A DNA stretch of 63,000 nucleotides, counting the filler, from Collodictyon triciliatum (lineage: Eukaryota), in NCBI GenBank assembly GCA_043381765.1. It is 13 parts of 13 records of this genome, joined end to end, with 100 filler letters (N's around TTAATTAATTAA, not from the genome) between each part and the next. Parts side by side here need not be neighbours in the genome. Positions count along the whole stretch, not along the records: positions 14,484 to 19,208 come from JBHJMP010005817.1; positions 19,309 to 26,936 come from JBHJMP010005818.1; 11 more parts are not named here. The stretch is one strand, 5' to 3'. Positions 16,519 through 27,036 of the stretch are shown piece by piece. The notes under the pieces are model-generated. The model made no database searches. It was not told where the DNA came from and worked only from the letters and a program-made list of their open reading frames with translations. Position numbers and translations under genes: made by a program. Positions within the stretch are counted from its first letter, which is position 1. Every line of letters starts with the position of its first letter.

Positions 16519-18940
16519 TTCAGTCCAGCATGCATAAGTTTAATTATAATTCCTATCATCATAGAATGCTAGCTTTCGGTAACGTGTCAAACCGTTCATA
16601 TTCCTCAGGTGTTATAAGGTCTTTAAATAATGCAGGGATGACATCAGTTCTATTATAATATAAGGATAATTTCATTACCGTTCTCATTTTCTTTTATCCA
16701 ATCACAGATAGAGAAAATGCAATGGACAAATTTGAATTAACTTTTTAATTATCCAGAGAAACTGACCCGCATCCAGGGTCAGGGCATTTGATATCAAAGA
16801 CACTTCCTTCTTTAATATGAGTGGAGCAGTTAAGCTTTACGCACTCTTTGCAAAAGTAATGTTGGCATCCGTTTATGCGGAAAAAGTCCGTTCCTGGTAA
16901 ATCCGTGAAGCAAACACCGCACGTTTGTATATTTTGTAAGAAGATTTCTTCCGTTTTTTTGTAGTTATGCATCAGGATATTGACAAACTAAATTTTGCTT
17001 TGTATGTGAGTGGCCTACATGACTAATAAATTATTGATTTCCGTGAAAAAAATTAAGAGTATTAAAAGCCACATTGTCCGTGCAAGGAAGAGGAGGGGGG
17101 AGAGTACTTTTTTCTCTTCGCCTTTTTGGAAAAGCATGGCTCTTGAATCTGCTGTATTCTAGAAAGAAATCGAAAAATAGTTGAATCCTATAAATACACG
17201 CAAAAAAAAAAAAGAATGAAAGAAAGAAAGAGATGGGAATGTAAGAATAATGAGAAAGAATATTCTGTCAGTAAGGACATGATAAATAAAGGCAATCTCA
17301 CTTCTTCATTCGAATCAGATGAAATCAGTATTGGTGAAGTCAGTCCAAGCTCGTCCCACATACCGGTCTTAAGCCAATCAATCCAAGTATAAATGATTGG
17401 AGATCCGCCCATTTCAGACCATAATTGATCCAACTTTTGACATATTCTAAATTCAAAAGTACAAATAAACATGAATATCATCCTGAGCAAGATGAATCAA
17501 ATAAGGTGGAGGGAGACGCAAACAAGTGCGGGAAAGATATGTGTCGTGTCAATTTAAACTGGTGAAGACCAAGATGGTGATGGTGGTAAAAATGCTATTT
17601 ACTCAGTCAACTGCGCATAGGTGAGCCAATCGCAACCAACTTGGAATATTGGGGGGTTGCAAGATGGATACGTTGGAGGAAGCATAGCATAGAATACAAG
17701 GGCAGGGAGAAAAGAAACATCAAGAGAGCCCCCATTCTGACTCGTTATAGTGATTGGAGAGTTTGGTGGATCAATTTGGACCATGACCTAAAGATATATG
17801 TTTGCAGAATTAAGTGACTGTGTTGGTTGCACAGACATCACGACCTGGTTGTGTTGATTATTGCCTGAATTGTGCGAGGATGGTCAGTGGACTGCATGAT
17901 TTGAATATCTGGCCCAAGGATTGCATCAAGCGCAGTCATCTGGGATGGATATGTGAACACATCAATGATTTATACAACTTTCATGTATATTTTTTTCATC
18001 TGCAACTGATTCCCGCATAGTGCGGGATACTATGTAATCACTTTCTGTCATAATGTTATCGATGCAGAAAAATTTTATAGGATTAATAGACACCAAACAT
18101 GTACATAAAAAATTGCATCGGAAAAACAATATCATTTGGAGAAAGTGTGAATATGTGAGCAGTAACATTTTTTTTCCTCCTTGGATATTAGTTTATTTTT
18201 TTTTGGTTAGTTTTCAACAGTATTCAAGAAGGGAATGAGGCTCACTAACCTCATCTTGTTGCTCTTGTTCATCTTGTTCGTTGCCCAGCTGGAGTTCTAT
18301 TTGATTTAGTTTGCTATTGAGATTCACTTAAAATTGATGAACATAAGGCATTTATGAGACGTTTGATGGCCGCTCGTATGATATGGACAAATAAATCAGC
18401 TCTTCCGTCTGCTTTCCTCCATAAAATCGCTATGATCTAAAGTATCACTTTGACAAAGGAGTAAAAAAAAAAATTATTCAAGAGCAGTTTTCCTTACTGA
18501 GGCTGAGCGCCTGTCCGAGCGGCGAGAACTGAGATGAGTCCGCAGAGGAAGAAGAGGCCATGCGTCTATTGCTTTTTTTATCCTTCTTGTAAATATTTAC
18601 GAGAGGGTCATAGGCAAGCTCAGCTGCAATATGAAACGACTCTGACTGTTTTTCATCTCATCCTTTGAGTGCTCTACAGCGATGCGAACATGATCGTTCA
18701 AATACTTTGGTTGCTTTTGTATGGTGAGTCGCAAGATTTACTTTGTAGAGAACTTGAGTCTGCAACGAAGTATATGCACATACATATATTCTTGTTGTGT
18801 TCCGGCTCAGTCGCTTGGCGGCTGCGATTCGTGTGTGCATCTGATTCAGAATGGGATTGGAGCGTCGAATCACTTGGCTGAAAAATACAATGGATTGTTC
18901 CAATAAGGCATGCATTCTCTGATTCTAGGATCTGTTTCAT
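14710..18940 (-). CDS. RNF14/ARA54-type RBR E3 ubiquitin ligase (RWD-RING1-IBR-RING2 plus extra C-terminal Cys/His module); multi-exon, start uncertain
   Basis: RWD LPPTYPS..WL..LDQLW..IIYTWIDWL; RING1 CGVCF..CQHYFCKEC..CPDPGC; IBR YCPRC..CSNCFFTYCSLC..WH; RING2 CPNC..GCNKMTCICGSYFCYLC..YDHF; tail NNNHMRCWQCQAQFCFLC..CRQHS-TGA ending at 14710. Confidence 0.9.
16424..16518 (+). repeat. (ATT)n microsatellite, intronic
   Basis: About 31 units. Confidence 0.95.
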
Positions 18941-19109
18941 GGAAAAGTCCTGACTTTTCTGATCCTTTGACCAAGGAAGCGGGTGGTGCTTGCGATTCCG
19001 CCGCCCACAAGCGCCGGGCTCATCTCGGTTCTGCCCTTATATTTTTTTTAATGGTTTTTCATTATTTTTTTTTTAAGAATACTTTGTTTTTTCCAGGGTA
19101 TTTATGATG

Positions 19110-19208
19110 TTTTTATGGTGTTTTTATGGTGTTTTTATGGTGTTTTTATGGTGTTTTTATGGTGTTTTTATGGTGTTTTTATGGTGTTTTTATGGTGTTT
19201 TTATGGTG
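19110..19208 (+). repeat. 11-nt tandem repeat (TTTTTATGGTG)n at contig end
   Basis: About 9 copies running into the linker. Confidence 0.9.
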
Positions 19209-19308
19209 NNNNNNNNNNNNNNNNNNNNNNNNNNNNNNNNNNNNNNNNNNNNTTAATTAATTAANNNNNNNNNNNNNNNNNNNNNNNNNNNNNNNNNNNN
19301 NNNNNNNN

Positions 19309-19656
19309 GACGAAATCCGCGTCCTGTTGAAGCGAGCACGTAGGCCTGGCCGAGGTCCTGAATTCCTGAGCCGATGGCTGATGCGTTTTTAAGTTTCCAG
19401 TCGGTATTTCCCAGGGTTGTCAGCCTTTTCCCAGGAAATTTGCGGCGGTGATTGTGCTCACCAGCGGGTTGGCAATTGTCTGGAATGCAGGTTTGATTCC
19501 TGTTCCCTGCAGCCCCAACTCGACCAGCTCACCGCTTGCCCGATTCAAATCCGAGTAGGCTTTGTCTAATCGTTGCAGTTTGTTTAATGCGTTGTCAGTG
19601 TGCCGCGTAAGAAAGCGATCGACACCTCTGGCTTGTTTTCTAACATCAACAATCAT
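19309..19656 (-). pseudogene. Uncharacterised viral-type gene, apparently frameshifted near 19430, runs off the contig
   Basis: 78-aa ORF; a one-base shift continues as KRLTTLGNTDWKLKNASAIGSGIQDLGQAYVLASTGRGFR to the contig edge. Confidence 0.45.
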
Positions 19657-19835
19657 ACATTAGCCAAGAAATTTTATATAAGTTATATTATGAGCTTAAA
19701 ATACAGAACTCTTAATTCTTTATCACTACAAAAAAAAATATTCATTGGTTTAAAGATTGGTTTTCGAAACAAGATCAAAAAATAAATTTTGAAGATGATT
19801 CAAATCGTTTAACGGGTTTAAATTTCAATTATATA

Positions 19836-22800
19836 TTGTCCTATACTCTACCACCAAAAGTTAGTCCTGAAGATTTAAGGAAGGCCGCTAAAGAATTTCA
19901 AGAGTTGTATTGGAATACTAGAAAAGAAAAAGAAACAACTTACTCAAAAGAAGAATTTATTAAATTAGAGAAATTATATGAAAAGGGCTTTGGTGAAAAA
20001 ATGCCAAAAGAAGTAGATACATTGGATGAATTATCAAAAGAACTATTAGAAGAACCATTTCTACTTCCGTATCACATTACTGACTCGGACCCGGAACCGG
20101 TATTTCAATCAAATCGTAAAACATACACTAAAGACGATCTGGAAACTATTGAGAAATTTATAGAAGTAAATAAAGAAGAAGAAAATAATCCAAACATGCC
20201 AAGTTGGAAATATATATTGGCCTTTAAAACAGACCCTCCAGTAGGTATGACTCCTGAACAAATGGAACAGGCTGTAGAAGATGAGGTGTATAAAGCTGAA
20301 GATCCAGATAGACGTAGAAAGTACAATCAAAAACAAGTTATTACTTTAGAAAAAATGATAGACGTCATATTAAAAGATAATCCTAATGATTCCAGTCTTC
20401 AATTGGCAGTGCTAAAATATGAAGTGGCATTTTCTATGAAACCTCCAGATGGCATGACTAAAACAGAAATGAATAATGATACAGAAGAAAGATGGCGACG
20501 AATCGAAGAAGAACGTAAGAAAGAAGCGGATGAAGAAGAAGATAAGGGACGATTGGATTCAAAAATAGATGAGCTAAATGCGTATTTTGCACAATTTGAC
20601 GATGTAATAGAAAGCCCCGAAGGAGAGAAAACATTGCAAAAAATGGCAGACGAGGTTAAACAAGAAATTGGAAATAAAAAAAGAGTATTTGACAATCGGA
20701 TACCTTCAGAAAAAAAATGCGCGTGGGCAGAGAGTAGCATCTAAAGTTTACACAGGTATGAATCTTTGCTTTAAAGAGTGGTATAAACACAGAGGGTTTA
20801 GTTATAAAGATGACGTTCCAAAAGATTTTGGTGACGAAAAGGAATTTGAGTTTATGGATTACATGGACAATGAATTTGACGAAGACGTGCGATTATATCT
20901 TTATAGCTTTGCTGCCAACGAAGAATTAGAATATACAGAAGAAGAAATTTTGGACTTGATATGGTGGAATATTGCGTATTATAGATTTATTGCTCTGCTT
21001 GAAAAAGAAGTACAAAACAAACAAGAGGCAGATGCACGTGCAAAAGGAGCTTTTGAAAGTAACGCCGCGCGAGAAAGACAATTAAAACAGATTGAAGAAG
21101 AAAAAGAAAAAAAAAGATAGCTAGCCCTTGAAAAAAAAAACGGGCTGAAGAGGAACTGGCTGAAAAGTTAAGAAAAGGACAAGAAGTGCAAAGACTTAAA
21201 CTTAATAAAGAAATTTTGCAGGAATATCACAGAAGATATTTACAAAATACGGACGAAACTATTGCCCAAGACCCACAGGGAGCAAGAAGAGTCAATGATG
21301 CATTGATTTCGTTTGCAACACCAGCAACAGTAATAAACGAGGAAGAACTATTTAAACAAATTGTAGATTCTCTCAGTCAGGGTGAGTTAATTGAATTTGG
21401 TAATAAATTGGCCACAGATCTACAAATATATGTCAGAGATTTTTTGACGCAAAACGCCCCTGAACAAACAAATGAAGGTGTTGTTAAATTTTATAACTCA
21501 TTGCCACCCGAGCTACAAGAATACATTAAACAGCTCAGAGATTTCAAATTAGAATGTGAAAAGGTAATGCAAACTAGAGCAGAGGTTGTTAAAACAACAG
21601 AATTAGCACTAATCCCAACCGCGGAACTAAATGAAGCTTATAAGGAATTGATAGACCGTGAAGAAAAAGATCTTGAAGCAATAATGAACGATTCACTTAA
21701 TGCCAAGTTAAACGAATTTGATGATATAAATTTTAGTAATTTACTTGCACGGTCAATTGTAAGCATGATACAAACAAGTGCGCAGTTATCTCGTGCGGCT
21801 TTATCACAGTCCATGCAGAATTTGTTTACTACTTTTGAGCGCTCACAATATTTTAATCAATCCAATTATGCCGCTAGGGCACAGAGAACATCTAGCATTA
21901 TATTTGGGCCTCAAGTCCTGGGAACGGCATCACCAAACACTACATTTAATCCTGACCAAACAACGATGAGTATGTTAGGCTCGATATTAACTCCTGCACA
22001 GTCTTTTCTAAATCAAAGCATACAACAGCTGGATCAATCAGGAACATTTACACAGGCACAGACCGCGTCTATGCTCAACGAATCTACTATAGAATTAAAT
22101 CCTGATGCATCAAATATGAGTGCAGGGTCATTTATGGCAAACACTCCTATAGCACAAAGCATTACAAACACGCCTACATATACTCAGCGTAGCGGATTTG
22201 GTACAAAGAGTACAACTGATTTTAAGAGCCCATTACCAGTTAGTAAAACTGCGAGAGAATTATTTGGTCCAGCACAAACACCAAACAGAACTAATGTTCC
22301 CGATACTAGCAAGAGTATCAGTATCACCAACATAACACAAAAATTAGCTGATATGAGCAATAGATTAAATCAAATAAAAGAACAAAATGAAACAAATAAA
22401 ATAGAAAATATTGAAACTCAAAAAATATCTGAAGATTTGAATCTAGATAAAGATTTAACACCTGCATCTCTAGAAAAACAAGCAGATGAATTAATTAAAA
22501 AATTAGCAGAACACGTAGAGCTTTTACAACAAAAACTAGATAATGCATATGAACAAATCGATACATTGGCTATTGCGATGAGTAATCAAAACGAATATAT
22601 ACAAGAACTTCAAGACACTGTTAATACTGCGTCTCAACTGGCAACTGGCTTGATGCAAGACAAAGAAATTTATCAAAATAAATTACAGGACTTGGGCGTG
22701 CAAATGGATAACGAACGTGCCCGCTTTGAGGAACAACGTGCAGCTCTCAACAAGATTATACCAGGCAACTATAGCGTCGGATTTGATACAACAAACATTT

Positions 22801-24459
22801 CAGTTGCACCTTCAGTAACAAAGACACCAAAAACACCAAAGATACAAGAAACAAAAGAAACTAAATCATAGTTCTAGTTTAAGCACAGCAGAGTTAGTAA
22901 ATTGAAGAGACAATTTAAAAAAAGTTCAGGATAGTTATAAGCAAAAGAGACAAGCACTAAATGCACAAATACAACTGAATAGAATTCGGGAATTAGAAAG
23001 TCAAGTACAAACTTTAATATTGTTACAGGAGGCACCCGACACTAAAGATGTCGAAATAGAAGATCTTAAAGAACAGATAAATAATTTAAATGCATTATTA
23101 AATCTTGAAAATCCTATTGTTATTGAACAAACTCAAACAATACAAGATTTACAGAATTTCATTGGAATATTACAAGCCCGAGGAAAAGAACTTGCTGATA
23201 CAGCTACTTTTTATTATAACGCTGCGTTTCCTGCAGTTCCCACAGATGAACCAGGGACACCAGTAGGAAGAGCTCCTCGCGAGGATACTCCCCAGAGTGC
23301 ACAACGACAAATTGCTGTAAGACAAGCCAGTCCAGGGGCCCCACCTAGTCCTTTTATGGTACCTGGCCCTTGGCAATTTGTTGATGATTTTCCAGCTCTA
23401 CCTCCGGCTGCACCTCAAAACCTGCAAGCAGACCCTAGAATACAGGTATTACCTACTAGCCTTCCTCGCCCCACTGCAGCTATGGTACTTGCTCAAAGTC
23501 CCGTTCAACCTCAACGTCAACAACAACCACTTGGTCTGCCACCTCTGCCACCTGTGTCTCCGGTTGTTCCTGGAAGATTGGCTGCAGCAAGAGCCATGGC
23601 TGGGGCTGTTTTTAATGTTGGCGCTGGCTTAGCCCAAGCTGCAGTTGGCGCTGGCGCTGGCATTTTCCAGGCGGCAGGTGATGCAGTACGAGGAAATATT
23701 TTCGGTGGTAATAATATGGCGGCAAACAGAAGAGTTTCAATGCAAGCAGCAACACCAAGTCCTATAATGGCAGCAGTACCATTATTTCCTCCCGGTAGGG
23801 GCGGCGGCGGTGGAGGCGGTGGCGGTGGAGGCGGTAGTCAACAGCCAATATTTAACCCAATGCGTCCTCAAGTATCGGACAGCCGTGAATACGGCAATCA
23901 ATCACGATTTGCTAGAAAAGTATCGAGGTATATCGAACAGGGTAATCCAGCAAGAGCTAATGATTATGGTATAGTAGATAAGCAAACTTTTGAAGCAGCC
24001 ATGAGAGAATTTAATATTGAATATGTCGATTTAACTCCTGACACTAGTGCGCTTATGGACATACTAGAATTATTTTTTGAAGGCAACATTCCAGGCCTAC
24101 AAAGCGCATTAAAAACATACCGTAAAGAAGGGTCATGGCCTCTCAAGTACAAGCCGAAATACGGAGACACGACTGACCAGAAACTGAGAAACGTCGCTTT
24201 TCTCCCCCAGCAAAACCTGGGCAGGGTCGTCAACTCTGACCTCGGTACCATCATTATTCCGGGCCAATCAAATTACAACATCCGACGAGAGGGGCTCAAT
24301 TACGTCGTCTACGGCGGGGGCCAGAAGCGCGCATTCGGCTCGGCCAGAGACGCCCAGTTCTTTGTCAGCTCCGGTGCATTTGGCCGCAAATCTTACGGGC
24401 CTGTCACAGAGCGTGTCTTTGGAACACCTATTAAGAATCTTTCACAGGCTATTTATTAA
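19836..24459 (+). pseudogene. Giant acidic/coiled-coil/Pro-Gly-rich protein gene (~1500 codons) split into four ORFs
   Basis: ORFs 19836-20744, 20668-21120, 21186-22871 and 23020-24459 are bridged by coding-like sequence (KR*LALEKK/RAEEELAEKLRKGQEVQ; KQKKLNHSSSLSTAELVN*RDNLKKVQDSY); shifts lie near A-rich runs; no introns. Confidence 0.65.
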
Positions 24460-24488
24460 ACAATTGTTATTATAATAAAAATTGTTTA
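24457..24488. terminator. 32-bp AT-rich palindrome between convergent stop codons; candidate bidirectional hairpin 3'-end signal
   Basis: TAAACAATT-G-TTATTATAATAA-A-AATTGTTTA is self-complementary except for one G/A mismatch. Confidence 0.7.
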
Positions 24489-24489
24489 C

Positions 24490-26574
24490 TTATGGCTTGG
24501 ACCAGCCTGTTACTACCCACTTATTTAATGTTTTATGACACATAATTGTCCAGCATGACCCAATTGGAATATTTTTAGATTCGCCAGCATTGAAAGCTGT
24601 TTGTGTGCCATCGGACCACAAATTTACACTATCTGAAGAAAATTCTACTTGAGCAAAAGCACTTGCGAACCCACCCTGGTCAAGGTGTATAATTTTAATA
24701 GTCCATCCATCTGGAATAGTAGCAGTATTTGCAGACGGAAGCAATAATTTTGCGGTTACATTGTGTTGAGTAGGACGACTAATAAAATATATCGGAGGAC
24801 TATTAGTACCGAGAGTTATAACTCCTGACGTGTTATGGGTATCAAACTCTTGGATTGGGCATCTCGCTAGTTCAAAATGTCTATCAAATAAGCATCTATC
24901 AGGTCTAAAAATTACATTCCGAAGCGAATTGACAACAATACTTACAAAAAATTCTCCGCTAGCTGTTCCGCCTCTGATGCAATTTGTACTCGAAACAACT
25001 GTACCAAACCTAACTTCATTTCCCGCAGGTAATTCTACACAACTCGGAGCAATGTATCCACTCACGGTTAGATTATTTGTGATTGATGCGCTACCCGAAG
25101 AACTGAACCCGGTAGCTGAAACTGTTTCTGGGAAACTTGCATTGCTTGCCATCCAATGTGAAGTAATGTACCAGACATTATCAATAAATTCACAGTGATG
25201 AGTTGCGTCTTTTGATACAGTGGTTGCCGTAGAATGATTAGTTACTAGGCCCCCTTGATAAATTCGTAAAGTAACACCCGCAATTGGCGTAAACTGAAGA
25301 ACAGCGCCTGATAAATTGCTATTCGGCACAATATCAAATGACATTCCATTTGTAAAGCCAGAGCTAAGAAATCTTAATACCACAGGTGTAAAACCCCCCA
25401 TATCAACTATAACATTGTTACTAAATGTTGCGCCCAGGTCGAAAGTTTGACTGTTGGCAGTTACAGTAATTACATTGGTTGGTTGAATGATCTGTTGAGA
25501 TATTGTTAAATTGCCGTTGACAGTCGCTGCTGTATTTGAAACAGATAATGTATTTACACCCTGTGCACGAAGAGAAACGACATTACTGTTACAAACAACT
25601 CTATTGTCTCCACTACTAGCAAAGCGATACCCCGCTGTGTCTCCATCCGGTGCTTGAAATCTGGCATTAGTTGTCACTGTTTGAAAGTGATCATTAAAAT
25701 TCACTCCTATTCGCATTCGTTCAGTTCCGTCTGTGCTAAAATTTATCACATTGTCACTTCCATAGATACCTGATTGCGGTACCGTCGAGTCACCAAATAA
25801 AAGAGCTGGAGCAGCTGCCGATCCTGCTGTGTTTAAATTTAATTGGCCTGAGATTGTAGGAGTCACCGCGTTGGAAACAACATATTGGCTATTTTGAACA
25901 CTGACTGTTCCAGCCTCTATAAACAATCTTTGTCTTGTCCCTGATTGATTACCAACATTAAATCGCATAGTCCTTACATTTGAACCATCTTCTCCTAAAA
26001 CTATATTGACATTATCAAACCCTCTCAACGTACCAGGATCGGTTGAGAAAGTCAAGGGAACCGATAAAGTGCTACCATTTTGATCCCACGTTTGTCTTGC
26101 AACATTTCCAGTAATAATACCCATTACATTGGTCGATGAAAGACCATAAAGGCCTGTATTGCTGGCACCAATTCTTATACCTGATGAACTCCCAGACCCT
26201 GTCCGAATAATATCGATGGATGGATTATCAGTAAATGAATATGTGCCTGCACCCGTTGAATTTAAAATTTGACCTGTAGCTGATGGAGTCGGTACCTGGT
26301 TCACTGTATCCCAAAAAACTGATGTGCCATTTGTTTCTAGAAATTTTCCAGCTTGCCCGGCTTGTGGAGGAAGCTCTCCTTCAATTCCGGTATACTGATA
26401 ACCAGTTGCTGCATCATTTACTTCCAAAAATTTATTTGCATCGGCTGCCGTTATCGTTGGCAAAACGAAACTTGACTGAGTTGTATCTGTGTATTCACCA
26501 TTTGTCCCGTCTGTCACAAAACTATAATCATAAGGGTATCTACTTGAATTTGATCCGATTTCGTATGAAGTCAT
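24490..26574 (-). CDS. Viral fibre/receptor-binding protein, 694 aa, intact
   Basis: G/S/T/N-rich beta composition; phage tail-fibre-type repeats LPPQAGQAGKFLETNGTSVFW and GSAAAPALLF..SGIY..INFSTDGTERMRI; two head-like modules ending NVWYIT and NKWVVTG. Confidence 0.75.
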   Translation of the reverse strand: MTSYEIGSNSSRYPYDYSFVTDGTNGEYTDTTQSSFVLPTITAADANKFLEVNDAATGYQYTGIEGELPPQAGQAGKFLETNGTSVFWDTVNQVPTPSATGQILNSTGAGTYSFTDNPSIDIIRTGSGSSSGIRIGASNTGLYGLSSTNVMGIITGNVARQTWDQNGSTLSVPLTFSTDPGTLRGFDNVNIVLGEDGSNVRTMRFNVGNQSGTRQRLFIEAGTVSVQNSQYVVSNAVTPTISGQLNLNTAGSAAAPALLFGDSTVPQSGIYGSDNVINFSTDGTERMRIGVNFNDHFQTVTTNARFQAPDGDTAGYRFASSGDNRVVCNSNVVSLRAQGVNTLSVSNTAATVNGNLTISQQIIQPTNVITVTANSQTFDLGATFSNNVIVDMGGFTPVVLRFLSSGFTNGMSFDIVPNSNLSGAVLQFTPIAGVTLRIYQGGLVTNHSTATTVSKDATHHCEFIDNVWYITSHWMASNASFPETVSATGFSSSGSASITNNLTVSGYIAPSCVELPAGNEVRFGTVVSSTNCIRGGTASGEFFVSIVVNSLRNVIFRPDRCLFDRHFELARCPIQEFDTHNTSGVITLGTNSPPIYFISRPTQHNVTAKLLLPSANTATIPDGWTIKIIHLDQGGFASAFAQVEFSSDSVNLWSDGTQTAFNAGESKNIPIGSCWTIMCHKTLNKWVVTGWSKP

Positions 26575-26590
26575 ATAAATACATACAAAA

Positions 26591-26936
26591 TTATTCTACG
26601 GGAACGAGCTTGAGCGTAATGTCAACACTTGCCGTCTGCGGGAAGTTAACTAGATTGTTGTACTGGTCAATAAAACTTATATTGAATCTTGTCGGCAAAA
26701 CCGAAAAGACAAGTTGTGTAAATTCTTCTTGGCTTTCTTCAATAAATGTATACTGGTATTTACTATTACTTAGATTCAATGGACACCGATAAGCAATATC
26801 AAAACGCTCAGGGATATCTGTGTTGAAATTCAGATTTGTAATTCCCTGGATAGTCATAAAAAAATAAGAGTACGGTTGTAAATTTCCAGGATTCGGCAGA
26901 TATTTTTTAGGAGTTGTTTGCAGAGGTAATTCAAAT
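26591..26936 (-). CDS. C-terminal part of a putative minor capsid (penton) protein, truncated by the contig end
   Basis: Frame is open to the contig edge: ..LQPYSYFFMTIQGI..DIAYRCPLN..RFNISFIDQYNNLVNFPQTASVDITLKLVPVE, resembling the I-x-I-x-x-x-D-x-x-G/N-x-x-x-D/N-F..TL end of PLV/Polinton pentons; 16 nt upstream of the fibre ATG. Confidence 0.55.
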
Positions 26937-27036
26937 NNNNNNNNNNNNNNNNNNNNNNNNNNNNNNNNNNNNNNNNNNNNTTAATTAATTAANNNNNNNN
27001 NNNNNNNNNNNNNNNNNNNNNNNNNNNNNNNNNNNN

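Larger units (their letters stand above)
19309..26936. mobile_element. Fragment of a Polinton-like virus / virophage-like element (endogenous or co-assembled)
   Basis: 7.6-kb intronless, microsatellite-free, tightly packed contig with a penton-like C-terminus, a fibre gene and a giant low-complexity gene; major capsid, ATPase and polymerase are not within the fragment. Confidence 0.7.

Noticed and set aside
19110-19208. (TTTTTATGGTG)n and (CCATAAAAAA)n at 36677 as telomeric repeats
   Set aside because: Polarity fits, but the units differ from each other and many contigs here break at assorted simple repeats
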